Positions 39,321 to 51,941 of a DNA stretch of 64,000 bases are shown here, one piece after another. The notes below the pieces were generated by a model that was not told the DNA's origin, did not search any database, and was given only the letters and a program-made list of their open reading frames with translations. How positions within the stretch are numbered: the stretch's first letter is position 1; every line of letters begins with the position of its first letter. Where the stretch lies: assembly GCA_010093815.1 (NCBI GenBank), contig ML996568.1; one strand, 5' to 3'. The translations under genes and the position numbers were made by a program. The DNA comes from Pseudovirgaria hyperparasitica (taxonomy: Eukaryota).

Positions 39321-40054
39321 GTCAAGCCGCTTACGAGACTGCGGAAGGCAGCATGCTTCGTCCGATTACCAGCGTAGCCAGACTATATCTTCTTCTCTAT
39401 ACGCAAAGAATCGGTGGATATGAGACGATCGAGGATCGAGGCACGGGTGCTGGTGCTGGTGCGATGCTGTGACTTGAACTTGCGCGTAGTTCTAGCGCAG
39501 ATATTGTATAATTCAGAGCTCGTGATGCGGTGTGAGAGAGGTATGGAGGAAGAGAGAGAAGGACAGGTAGAGGAGTAACAAGAGTCGACGGCGAAGTTAA
39601 GAAGGTGGTGAGCGGTAAATGGGGAATACGTATGCTGGCAGAGGATTACGGTGTGTGTTCATGAGACTCTCCCACCACAGTCAGTCCCACTTTGATCTGA
39701 ATTGACAAGGGTGGTTGTTCAACCTACAGTGTGCCAAGACTCGAATGACGACGCCAGCATCCACCAGCCGCGGGCAGGCAGAGATTCAGCCCAGAACCCG
39801 CCTAGTAAACCCCCCCGGTCTTTGCCGCATCCCATCGCCCTGGTTGGTTCTAGTTACCGCCTAATCCAGCTCCTAAGAACAGCTTCACTGTCTTGATACC
39901 CAACAATACACACACACATACGTACATACGTACATACTCACCTGGTCGCATTTCGAGCCTCTTCTTTACTATTGTTCCTGCTATCTGCTTTGTCTGCTCA
40001 GTGCGGTGTACCTACCTCATACCTCTTTCCACCATAGCTCGAACAGCGACGACC

Positions 40055-42688
40055 ATGGCAGGGTGGTTCTCATCGGGCACTTCAGCTCTGGACGAGCAGA
40101 TCGAACGTGCGACCTCTTCAAGCTTGTACGGACTATATGAGTGCTGTCTTCGCCCGGCTGCCGTGTTGCTGACATCTCTACAGAGAAGACATTGCCCTGA
40201 ACCTCGAAATATCCGATGTTATCCGCTCGAAAACAGTGCAGCCTAAAGAAGCCATGCGGGCTTTAAAGAAGCGCATAGGCAACAAGAATCCGAACGTTCA
40301 GTTGGCGGCCTTGAACGTACGCGTCCCATATCCCATCCCACGGTCTTATGTGTGTTGGACTGACCAGTACATAGCTCACAGATACATGCTTCAAGAACGG
40401 CGGAACCCATTTCATGAATGAAGTTGCGTCACGGGAGTTCATCGACAACTTCACATCCTTACTGGAGGGCTACGGAGAAAGTGCCCCGAATCACGCCGTC
40501 AAATCAAAGATATTAGAACTCATACAATCGTGGGCTGTTGCTGCCGAGGGAAGGAACAGTCTCTCATATATCGGAGAGGTCTACAGGACACTCCAAAGGA
40601 GCTACAGCTTTCCGCAAAGAGAGGCTATCGCCAGTAGCATGTTTGACAGCAGTGCACCTCCGGAATGGGCGGATTCGGATGTATGCATGCGATGTAGGAC
40701 ACCGTTTACGTTTACGAATAGGAAACACCACTGCCGGAATTGCGGGAACGTCTTTTGTGGCTCATGTTCCGGGAAGACACTACCTTTACCGCACCTCGGC
40801 ATACTAGAGGCTGTCAGGGTCGACGATGGATGCTATCTCAAGCTCACCGACAAGTCAAAGCCGTCCTCAGTCGCTCGGGGCTTCGAGGCTGTAAAGCCGG
40901 CCCGAACCCTCTACCAAGGTTCGATGGAGCCCAGGAGTGCGCGGGTGGAGGACTCGTTTGATGCAGATCTCAAGAAGGCACTAGAGATGAGTCTGGAAGA
41001 GGCGAAAGGTAGCGCTCCGGGATCAGGTTATGTTCCACAGGCACAACCGAAATCACAGCCCAAGCCAAAGTCCGCCGTACCTAAGCCGGTGGCAAAGGAC
41101 GAAGAGGAGGACGATGACCTCAAAGCGGCTATCGCGGCATCTCTGGCGGACATGGAGGAGCAGAAGAAGCAGCATGCGGCAACTTTCAAGCAGCAGACGT
41201 TATCTTCGAATGGCGTTGCAGCACCTGTAGCTCCGAAGAACGATTACGAGCTGACGCCTGTGGAGGCTGAGAACATCAACTTATTCTCCACGCTTGTCGA
41301 TCGACTACAACATCAGCCCCCGGGAACTATCCTTCGGGAGCCACAGATACAAGAGCTATATGAAAGTATCGGCAAGCTACGTCCTAAGCTCGCAAGAACA
41401 TACGGAGAGTCGATGAGCAAATACGGTCAGTGGAGTGGGATTGATGAGACCAAGCAGATACTAACCGGTAGTAGATACACTCCTTGATATACATGCCAAG
41501 CTCTCTACTGTAGTACGATATTACGATCGGATGCTCGAAGAACGACTCTCGAGTACATACAGCCAGTCTTCCTACGGAATGCCACGGCCGGCTTCGAATA
41601 TGTATCCACAACTCCAGGCGTCGACAGACCACAGCGGTCCGTCGGCAGCTGAGAATTACTATACGGGAAACGCAGCGCCATCAGACCCGTATGCGCGACC
41701 GCAGACAACATACAGCTATGCGCCCGCGCAACAAACGCAGCCGTCGTATGCGCAATACGACCAGCGCGCATCCGCAACTCCAACACAATACAACGCGCCC
41801 CACGATCGACTGCAAAGACAGGCTTCGAATGGGCCGTACCCGAGTCTTGCCGGCTATGCTCCTGGACAGTCACAACTTCCGGCGGCGGCGGCGCAGCAGC
41901 AGCAGCAACAGAAGCCTCCTAGCACATCCTATGAAGCCTCTCCACACATGCAACGTCGCACATCAACATACTCGAACCACTCGCAACAAGCGGCGTCGTT
42001 TAACCCCGCGCAACCACTCCCTTCAGCTCCTGAAGATCCGAACACTTCATATTACTATGGTGACGTCACGCCCACCCAAGCACAAGCCCCTGAGCAGCAG
42101 CAGCAGCAGCAGCAGCACCGACCCCAACAGACGGAGCCTCCGCAACAGACATACCCAATCTCGCCGCCCCAGCCCGCACCACCACAGCTCTACCAGCAGC
42201 CCCAGCAGCCTCAGCAACCACCATCCTACACACAGCAGACGCAACCGACGCAGCAGCCCCAACAACAGCCTCCACAACAAGCGCCACAAGCCGCAAGCCA
42301 GCAGCCCCAATACTGGCAGCAACCGCAGCTGGAACAGCAACATCAGCAACAGCAGCAACCACAACATCAGCCACAACAGCAACATCAACAGCAACATCAA
42401 CAGCAACATCAACAACAGCCCCAGCAAGCACTCCCTCCAACACAGCAATCAGCTCAACCACCACAACATCATCAACATCTCAATCAACACCACCACCAAC
42501 AACAACAACAACAACAACAGCAATGGCAACCCCCAACCCCAGCACAACATCAACATCAACAACCACAACAACATCAGCAACAACAACAACCACAACAGAC
42601 ATACGCCGGCTACGCAGCAGACAGCTTCCCGGAGGCGCCGCGACATCAACCGCAGGCGGTCAAGGAGGAGGCCTTGATTGAGCTGTGA
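40055..42688 (+). CDS. VPS27: ESCRT-0 subunit Vps27/Hrs (VHS-FYVE-UIM-GAT, Q/P-rich tail)
   Basis: VHS (IERATSSSL...KNGG), FYVE (RKHHCRNCG), two UIMs ([20 protein letters not shown]) and a C-terminal clathrin box LIEL. Three introns. Confidence 0.96.
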
Positions 42689-42719
42689 GGCGGGTGGTTG
42701 GTGTCGGTGGGGAGGATAG

Positions 42720-42880
42720 ATGGATGGGAGGATGGAGACGGGGATGGATGGATGGATGGATGGAGACAGGGATGGATGGATGGATGGATGGAATGGTAGG
42801 AGTGGCGTGTAATGAATGGGTTACTTGCAAGGGGGGATGGGAGGTGTTTGGGGGAAGTAGGGTATATATATATATATATG
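42720..42880. repeat. (GGAT)n and (TA)n microsatellites
   Basis: Directly visible runs downstream of the VPS27 stop. Confidence 0.9.
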
Positions 42881-43396
42881 TAGTAGCATTGGGTGGTAGT
42901 AGGTATATCACATCACATCACATTAGACGTATTGTTCCATTCCATTCCATCTATCTATCCATCGTCGTCACGAATTTGAGAGCAAGGACCAAAAGGTGCA
43001 GAACGACAAGGCCACAAAAGTGATAGTAGTGAGTAACACCAGTGTCAAGGCAAGTCAAGTAGTTGTACATGTCACAGAGTCTGTGTATTCATCCGCTGTC
43101 CTATCTGTCCGTCTGTCGCTTACTTGCTTGCTTTGCCTGACTGCTGGTCTGCTTACATACATGCCCGTGTCCATCTGTCTGTCTGTCTGTCTAGTTAACC
43201 GTCTTAACTTGGCGCACAAGCAGTCTTCTCCCTTCCTCTTGCACCACGCACACAGCCGGTCGCTGTTCCCCTTTCAATCCCGCTCCTCTGCACAGTCTAG
43301 TCTTGTCTCTGGCATCATCATGTACGGCCGGGTCCAGGCACACAATCCGCGGCGCGTGGGGGTGCTCTGTCTTCCCGCTCTTCCTCTGTCTTCCTC

Positions 43397-43430
43397 TTCC
43401 ACGTCCACGTCCACGTCCACGTCCACGTCC
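43397..43430. repeat. (TCCACG)n microsatellite
   Basis: About 5.5 perfect hexamer units. Confidence 0.9.
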
Positions 43431-44003
43431 AGATACCGATCCGCAATTCCCCCCACGTCCTATTGTCCCCTTCCTTCCTGCCTTCCTTCAGCAAAGTTCC
43501 CTCCGTTGTAATAATATGTATAGAACGCCGAGATGATGCGGCCCAGTTTCTTTTATAAACGAATGAAGCAAAAAAAGGGGGCCCCAGAAGATGTATATAA
43601 ACAAACAATGCAATAGAGTGTGGCCCCCTTCCCGTAGATCAGAAGGGCTTCAGCTCCAAGACGCCGGTACCGCCGAAAATGATGTGTGTACAATGAGGGC
43701 TGGAACAAAAGTGCCGGCAATGACAGGCATCCCAAAAAAAGTACGTACGTGCAAAGTCTATACGTCGCCTTAGTGATGGTTTGTTTTGTTGCGGCGAATG
43801 TGGGACGGCGACGGAAGTCGAAGTTGGTGGTGTCAATTAAGATCATGTATAGCGGCGAAAAACTTCTAGAGGTGGTGTGTATATGCAATGGGTTGTTGTG
43901 TAGTAAGTTTGCGCAAAAAATCTTGGTTTCGGCCGCTAAACTAGCCGGTGGAGGAGGAGGAGGAGGAGGAGGAGGGTACAAGATGTCGGTGCTCCCCGCG
44001 CGA

Positions 44004-45981
44004 TCAAACGAATTCCGGCCAGTAGTTGTATGGCATGAGGGCAGGCCCCTCCCACTTCTCGCCATATGGATTCGTGCGTGTGCCGGCAAAGAAGCCGTCA
44101 TGTGCGGCTTCGAGGATGGCTATCCACGAAGACGGCTCAGGATGCTTTAGCCACTGTCGTGCAAAAAAAGTGTCAGTCACATGGGGGGTAACATACATAC
44201 ACTTCATGAAAACTTACCTGATTGTGAATGTGATAGGTCCATGCACCTCGAAAGAAGTTCTCGAGCGTCCTGTTGTTGGGAGGAAACTTGTCTTCCTCGA
44301 GCCTGTAATCAGCAACCAAGCCATTCGTCCGAAGCTCGTCCTCCTCGTCGGGCGTGGCGTTGAAGGACTCGGCAGCGTGCTCGCCGCCCGGCTTCTGTTC
44401 CTCGGACGAGGCAGAAACCTCTTCATGACTGCGTTGGGCCAGCTTTGGAATCATGGTGGCATTGCTATGGGCGGGCGTGCGGAGTTTGAGCGCCTGGTTC
44501 TCCGGCAGAGTCAGGTTGAGGCGCTTCAGAGGCTGGCCGTCGTAGCTCTCCCATTCATCCTTTAGCGCGCCAGTCTTGCCCTTGAATGCAGCACCATAGT
44601 CCCTCAGACACGGCACTGTGCAGCGGCCCTCTCTGTCCCAGTTGAACTCGGTCCAGATGGGATCAAAGGCGGCCGTCTCGAGCATGAGAAATTCCTGGTC
44701 ACGCCCATCTTTCCACGCCATGCGTCCGATGACTCTGGGATGGAAGTTCAGGCCCATGCGGACACCGCCACGGACGAGGTAGGACGACAGCGACGAGTTT
44801 GCAGTCAAGGACATGATGGCCGTGTTGTAGTCGCCCGGGTGGGGGTGGGCCGCCCAGCGCTCGGCAAAGGAGTGGTTCGAGGGGAGAACAAGAGGACGCA
44901 TGTCGCGGAGCATGAGCACGTCCATGTCGTAATAGGAGCCGCCATACTGGTGGAGCACGACAAAGCGCATGGCGTCGGAGACAGCGACGGGCAGGAAAGT
45001 CATCTGCTTTTGGGTCAGGACAAGCCATTCCTGGCCGTCGGCGTCACGGACGAGGCCGTCGGCGATGGCGACCTCGCCCTTCGAGTTTGGCTTTCCGGGC
45101 GTCTTGTAGTAGCCACGGCCGTCGGTGTTGTCTTCGGTGCTGGGCAGCGGGATGCGTGTCGGGAATTTCCAGGCCATGAGCGTGATGTCGCCGCGTTCGA
45201 CGAGGGGGAGGAAGCGGGCAAAGAGAGCATCCTTGTTCATCATATCCTCGATGGCGTGGGGATTGCGGTCGGTGTCGAGCCAGATGTAGAGACGGGAGCA
45301 GGCAATGTTTTGGGTGTAGAGATAGCTCTTGATAAAGACCTCGACACGCCAGGTGGCCGCTCCGGTCCAGTAAGTGTGATAGGGGGTGATTGGGCCCGGG
45401 CAGGCACCGAGCGACTCGTTGGAGGGAGGTTTGTACGAGGGGTATTTTGTGAGGGTGTTGTTGTGGCCGTCTGCGTTTACGTATTCTGCCTTTGTCGGAT
45501 TCTGTTGGCCGGCGCGAGCCTCTTTTGCGGGCAGGCGGTAGTACTTGGACTCTTGGTTTGCAAAAAACTGCAGACAGTCAAAGACGTTTCGCATCTTTTC
45601 GATGCCGGCATAGGAACCTCTGCATTCCTCAACCAGCATCTGGAGATCAGCCTCGGTGTCGACGTGGGGACGCGATCCGAGATAGTCATCCTGCAGCTCG
45701 ACAGCGCTGACGGGTCGGTTGAAGACGTTGGCGTGCGGGTTGAGGGTGACCTTTGTGGACGAGCTAGCAAACTTGATCTGGACACCCGTCTTTGTCGTCT
45801 TGACCAACTCGGCAGGGCCCGTCTTGTCCAGCACGGCGGGAATGCCCAGCTTGCCCTTTGTCCGCACGTTTGGATTCCGCACGACCTCTATGACGCCAAA
45901 GATTAGGCTGTAGATGAGAGCGGCAAACAGGAGGTTCCTCAGGAGGGTGCAGAAGGCGCGTAACCGAGTCCGGTCGGGCAT
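44004..45981 (-). CDS. Type II membrane DxD glycosyltransferase (GT32-like)
   Basis: N-terminal TM anchor, YHTYWTG, SDAMRFVVLHQYGGSYYDMDVLMLRDMRPL and YHIHNQW. Intron 44154-44217; stop at 44004. Confidence 0.85.
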
Positions 45982-46435
45982 GGCGGACTTTTCGAGTCCG
46001 GGGAGCAGCGCCCGCGGGAGAAGGAAGAGTCTAGGTTGCCAGCAGTGTTGGATGTGAGGGTGTTGATGTCAGGCTTCTCAGTTGGACTCTTGATCTATTT
46101 TTGTCGCAGATCCGAGGCAGGTGTGGTGTGTGTGGAATTGGGGTCGGAAAAAGGATGTCGTGTAGGCTTCAAGGACAAGGGGGCGGAGAGGGTTGGAGGA
46201 GGAGGTGTCTGTACAGATAGGCCGGATGAGTCGGGTCGAGTCGAGTCGAGTGGTTTGGCAGGCTCTAGACGGCAATTATTGAAGGGTGAATTGCGAGGAG
46301 AGGGCTTTCTCTTGCGACGGCAGAATGGAGGAGGGTGAAGCACACGATCGATTGGGGTTTGGAGGCAGGGATTGCGAGGAGCATAAATAAAAAGAAGATA
46401 TAGTATAGAAAAAGGAGCTAACAGAAGAGAAGCAA

Positions 46436-46437
<2 letters not shown>

Positions 46438-46467
<30 letters not shown>
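46438..46467. repeat. (GA)n microsatellite
   Basis: About 15 GA units in the 5' flank of the glycosyltransferase gene. Confidence 0.95.
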
Positions 46468-46473
<6 letters not shown>

Positions 46474-47740
46474 GGCTAGCAAAGAGAGCGTAGCAGTATA
46501 AGAGTGAGTGAGTGAGAGAGCAGGATGAAGGTAGGTGTTTTTGAGGGAAGAAGAAGGAGAGAAGATGGAGGGATTGACGAGTTGTAAGGTAGGTGAGATG
46601 GAGATGTGGATGGAGATGAACGGGCAGGACAGGGCAGGACAGGGCAGGGCAGAGAGAGAGGATGGAGGGGGCTAGAAGTGGGATTAGGCGAGTGGTGGTG
46701 GGCAACAAGAAAGCGGGCGAGTGGGCGAGTGGACCAGCCCGAACAAGCCAGTGTTGCCGCCTCTTTTGCCCTTTTGCCCTTTTTCTAGGGGGCCGACGAC
46801 GCTGAAGAGGGTGTGTGGGTTGGACAGTTGGACTAATAGTCAGTTGGCCCCGGTGCGTGCTTCAGTTGCTGCTTCAGTGCTGCAGTTCTGGCCCCCGCGC
46901 CGCTAAGCCACACAACGTTAATCCAGGGCTTTTGTTTGAAATTACGCTTCTTCGCTTCTCGCTACCAGCGTCCACTGTGCAATTCAGCCCGTGTGCGGCC
47001 AGCAGTCTGTCACTGTCGCTCGCCAGTTAATTACTACTGACACACTCGCTAATTACACTGTACAGTATCAAGCAGTGCTCTAAACAGTGCCAGTCAGTCT
47101 GCATGGACGTTGTTGGTGGTTAGTCAATGGCATTGTGATGATTGAGCACAAAGAGCTGTGGACGATCGTCCATCGTCCATCGTCCATCAGCCAAGCCGGC
47201 AGGGCGAGTCAGGCAGGAGTCAGGCAGACAGGAGTCAGCATGCATGCGCCAAGTGCCACGTGCAGCTCGGACAATCTGCCTAAACGACTCAGGACTGCTT
47301 TCCCTACTACGTTACTACCTAGCCATTACCGTAATCAATGCTGACTCCTCCCCTCGCCCACTACCTAATAATTACCTACTTCACTCATTTCTACCTACTG
47401 TCACCACTCACCGCTCACCACTCTCACTGATCATTACCCCAGATCGACATCCTCCACTCCTGCCTGCCACACACTACTCAATTGCCTCTCCGCTCTCTCC
47501 TCCACTCACACCCAACACATCACCACCACCACCACCAACCATCCAACACACTGCGCCCCCCTCTTCCATCCTTTAAGCTTCTTCCCATCTTCTGCAACAA
47601 CAACATGACGTACCTTCTTACCCTGCCCTGCCCACTACTACTACCTACTACCCTGCCTGGCACGTCGGCCCGTCTGCCCGTCTCCCTTGATCCCTCCCCT
47701 GCATACATACACACACTGATACACACAATCACCTTCACCA

Positions 47741-47812
47741 CACTCACACATACACTCACACATACACTCACACATACACTCACACATACACTCACACATA
47801 CACTCACACATA
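47741..47812. repeat. 12-bp tandem repeat (CACTCACACATA) x6
   Basis: Directly visible. Confidence 0.93.
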
Positions 47813-47864
47813 CAACACGACACTGCCAGCTTTTATTTCTCAATTCGATCCATAATAGATGCAA

Positions 47865-48820
47865 CTAGTCCTGTCCCGGCGGATGTCCCGGCGGACACGG
47901 CGTGCCCATACTGCACACAACCTTCGGCTCGCCCTCGTTCGTCGACAGCCAGTTCGTCGACTTGTCTTCGCGCGCACAGCACCGCTGCGCAAACATCACC
48001 GGGCCCTCCTGATCCGGCGTGAAGATCTCGTTGCTACACATGCCGCACTCGACATTAGCAATCTACTAATTAATCACAACAAGAAATCCAACAACACTGT
48101 CATGTATCATGCGCATCATCAAGAAAAGTACACTTACAAACTCGCGTGCTCCCAGATGAAACACAGCCGCAGCTCCGGCGAGCCGCCGTTGATGCCCGTC
48201 ACCCCGTAGCCCTGGCACTTTGGCGACCCTTTGTTCGCCTGCTCCTTGGCGATGCATGCGTGTCCGCACTGCGCCAGGCTCCAGTCTTTCTTGCTGCCGA
48301 TCGGCTGCCACGCCTTGAGCTCGAGCTCGTTGCCGTTGTGGTTGGGCGTGCCGGCCACGCCGCATTTGCAGGCCTGCGCTTCTTGTTCTTGTTCTTCCTC
48401 TTTGGGCTTTTCGATGGGTTTGTCTTTTGGCTTGTCTTGTGGCTTGTCCTTTGGCTTCTCTTTAGGCTTGTCCTTGGGCTTCTCTTTTGGCTTCTCCTTG
48501 GGCTTCTCGTCCTTGTCCTCAACCTCCACGTCCACATGCACATCCTTATCCTCATCCACCTGCACATCCACGTGAATCTCCTCGTCCTCATCAACATGCA
48601 CAACCAAATGCACATCCACATCCTTTCCACCCTTCTTCTTCTTCTTCTCCCCTCCCTCATTCACATTCAGAGAACTGCCCGGTATAACTGTATGAAACCC
48701 ACTCGCCGGCCCGGTCACCGTCACCACGCCATCACCATCACCTGTTACACCAGCATAGTCGACTGGAGTGGCGGCAGCAAGTAGTGGAAGTAGGATGTTG
48801 AGAGTAAGTAGAGTCTTCAT
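47865..48820 (-). CDS. Secreted repeat-containing Cys-rich protein (283 aa; effector candidate; PAN/apple-like C-terminal domain possible)
   Basis: Signal peptide MKTLLTLNILLPLLAAA, a V-x-V-x His/acidic block, (KPKE/D)n and a 10-Cys C-terminal domain. Intron 48034-48137 extends the ORF to ...CPPGHPPGQD*. TATATAAATA lies about 100 bp upstream. Confidence 0.75.
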
Positions 48821-49247
48821 GATGAGAATTGATCTTTGTTGGTAGTAAGTTGTAGTAGTAGTAGTTGCACTGGTTTTTATACAAGTTTGATCAAGAGACA
48901 GAGACGACCACTTGGCTTCCTATTTATATATTTTTCTACCACAAGTCTTGACAACTTTTTGAAGAAAAAAAATCCTCCTTTATGTGCGCCTGGTACCGCG
49001 GACGCTGCCGGACTGTCGCGGATGGCCATGTTCTTGGGACCGGTCCATCTGCTGCTCTGAATCTTCTGAGTATTCTGAGTCTGATGGGTATATTCTACTG
49101 TGTGCTGTGCTTGATGTCGCGAGACCGTGGTACTGCTTTTCTTGCTGTCCAGGGTAGGTGGTGTATTTATTGATGGGAAGACTCGGCTGCTTGGTAAGTG
49201 TTTGTGAGTATTTTGACTTGTGAGATTGATGGGATATTTGACTCTTT

Positions 49248-49295
49248 CTGTTCTGTTCTGTGCTGTGCTGTGCTGTTCTGTTCTGTTCTGTTCTG
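49248..49295. repeat. (TGTTC/TGTGC)n pentamer microsatellite
   Basis: Directly visible. Confidence 0.9.
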
Positions 49296-49569
49296 GGCGT
49301 TCATGGGAGTGGCTTGTATTCTCTACATCATGTCCAGACATGCACTGTGGCTGTGCTGTGCTCTCTCAGACGATAGCATATAGCACTACTACTTGTGACT
49401 GCTCGTCGCCTTAGGCTGCTGTTACCTCAGCATATCACACTGTACATCCATCAGTGCATCTTCTGCCTTGACACCAAGCACGCATGAACGTCGTCTAGCA
49501 TCATGTCTTGCAGTTGTTGGTGGAGGCGCGAGACCATGCACAAGTGTGTCTATGTATATTTAGCCAGCC

Positions 49570-49615
49570 TTATGCAGCTTATGCAGCCTATGCAGCTTAT
49601 GCAGCTATGCAGCCT
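49570..49615. repeat. 9-bp tandem repeat (TATGCAGC[T/C]) x4-5
   Basis: Directly visible. Confidence 0.85.
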
Positions 49616-49869
49616 ACCTCGTGCGGCAGGCAGACCGATCGAGTAATTAGTACCCCGTATTTGCCGCTGACACTAGCAGATCCTCCGGTACAATACTGTA
49701 TTCTACTCCCATCCATCCAGACCCTTCTGGCCTAGCGCCTCGTCCACACCCACGGCAAACTTCCCGTCAAGGTTCACTTCATCTCTCCATCAACATTCAA
49801 ACTCTCGTATCGACCGCAGACGGAAAGGCTGCTGACCGGTCAGAAAGTCTCAGCTGCGGTGAGGCCTAA

Positions 49870-51652
49870 ATGGTCTGGTCGAGAGGCGTCTTGACTCTTG
49901 CTTTGGGGCCTTGGACACGGATACCTACGTGCTGCAGCTTCACGCCCGCGAGACGCGTGTGCCCTGCTACTACTACTACTCCACCACCACGACGACGACG
50001 ACGCAACGCGTGGCTTGGGCATGGAGTGAGACTTAGATACTACTCTGATGCTGCGTCACGCAGACAACAGGTCACGGTTGATTGCCGGTCGAATGGATCC
50101 ATCACTCTCGAGTACGTACCTTTTACGCTGTTCCTTTTCTGGTGGTATATCTGATATCTGATGCTGGCCTTGCATGTCATGTTGAGCCACCCCATCATAT
50201 CATACCCTCCTCTGACACCGTCATAGCATCTTTCACCACGCGACCGCGTCACCCCCCCTCACCATCATCTATCTTCCATCAGGCCTCAAAGCAGACCCCC
50301 TGAACGATGACCACGCAGCATCAGCCCTCTCCGAATCCGCTGAAGCTACCGTTATCCGCATCAACTACCGCTCCGGACCGGCTCATCCCTTCCCCACGCC
50401 CATTCATGACGTCCTGACCGGCTACGACTGGGTGCTGGAAAACCTCGTCTCGCCAGATCCGCAGTACATGCGCAAACCCGCCAAGCTGGGCGTATGCGGT
50501 GAACTGTTCGGCGGCACTCTAGCCACCGCCCTGGCCCTGACAGAATGCCGGCTCGGCGGCCATCGGATAGGCGCAGCGGTGCTGGACAGTCCAATCGTGG
50601 ACTGGCTGTTTCCGAACCCCTCCGACCAGGACGTCGATCCCCAGCTCGAGGACCTGGAGTCGCAGAGCCAGGAGGGCGACGACGTCAGGGAGTCTGAGCG
50701 TGCGCTCGACGCCGAGATTGTCGAGTTCACAAAGACCGGCAGGAGGAAGAAGCCGAAGAAGCCAAAGCCCCTGCCGCCTCCTGACTCCTTCATCGCGAAC
50801 GCCTCCTATCCTGCGCTCCCGTCATCCGAACTGCTCTCCCTCCGCACGAGCATCTTCCCCCACGCCTCCTCGCTCTTCGACCGCTTCGCCTCCCCAGCCC
50901 TCTTCTTCCGCTCGCCATCCGCCATCCTCCCCCGTCCCGCCAGTGAAGACCTCCTCGCAAGCCTTTCCCCACCACCTGACTTCTCCCCTGACGACAACAA
51001 CAACAACGACGTCAACCCACCCACAGACGACACCCCATTCGACCCCTCATCCCTCTCCCACCTCTCCGAAAAAGACCTAGCCATCGACCTCACCGCCCTC
51101 GTCCCAACCTCCGACTTTGACCCCCTCTCCTTTACCGACCCGCTCATCTACGACAACCCGGACACCACCCCTCCGCATTTCCCTTCCCCTCCCACACACC
51201 CCCAATACGACCCCCTCTCCCTCTCCCTGCCCCCACCCTCATCCCTCTCCCTCCCCCGCCTCACACGCACATACCACCGCACATACCCCCCCTCCTCCAC
51301 CTCCCTCGCCCTCCCCTTTCTCCGCCTGCACACTACTCCCGCCAGCCCGCTCGCCACTCAACACGCAGAGTTTACAGCGCTTGTCCGACGGGCTGTTGCG
51401 AGGGAGTATGTGCGTAGACATGGCGGTGGGAATGTGGATGTTGGGGTCGGGGATGATAGGGCGGATGCGGAGGAGCTGAGGAGGGTGGGGGTTGCGGAGG
51501 GTGTGGGGAGGGTGGATGTTGTGTGTTGTGAGGGTGGGCTTGGGATGCGGGGTGATGGTGGTGGTGGTGGTGGTGATGGGGATGGTGATGGGGAGTGTGC
51601 GATGGAGGATGTGGGGAGGTGGTTTAGGGGTGTTCTTGGGGTGGATGGGTAG
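49870..51652 (+). CDS. Alpha/beta hydrolase-fold protein (HSL-like, probably mitochondria-targeted, non-canonical nucleophile motif)
   Basis: Intron 50112-50226 gives SNGSITLDIFH...IIYLPSG...INYRSGPAHPFPTPIHDVLTGYDWV...LGVCGELFGGTLATALALTEC...PIVDW...FDRFASPALFFRSP. Confidence 0.8.
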
Positions 51653-51941
51653 GGCTTGTTGTGCATGTGCATGTGCATGGGAATGTATGTATGATGGGAT
51701 GTATGATAGAATGTATATATAAAATCCTGAAGATGGATAGTTTACATGTCCATGTCTATATGAGATCACATAAGATGCACGCACGCATGTATGGCCCACC
51801 AACAGAACAACACAAAACACGCTGAACACAGAACAAAACACACTGAACAATGCAAAAATGCAATACGCAATGCACCCAATCCACACAACACACCACCACC
51901 ACCACAACCACACCCACCACACCCACAACCACCACACCACC

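Noticed and set aside
41691..42677. 328-aa Ser/Asn/His-rich ORF overlapping VPS27, plus poly-Leu antisense ORFs
   Set aside because: Shifted-frame readings of the CAG/CAA repeats.
44740..45906. 388-aa + strand ORF antisense to the glycosyltransferase
   Set aside because: Explained by strong C-ending codon bias of the real gene; no recognisable domain.
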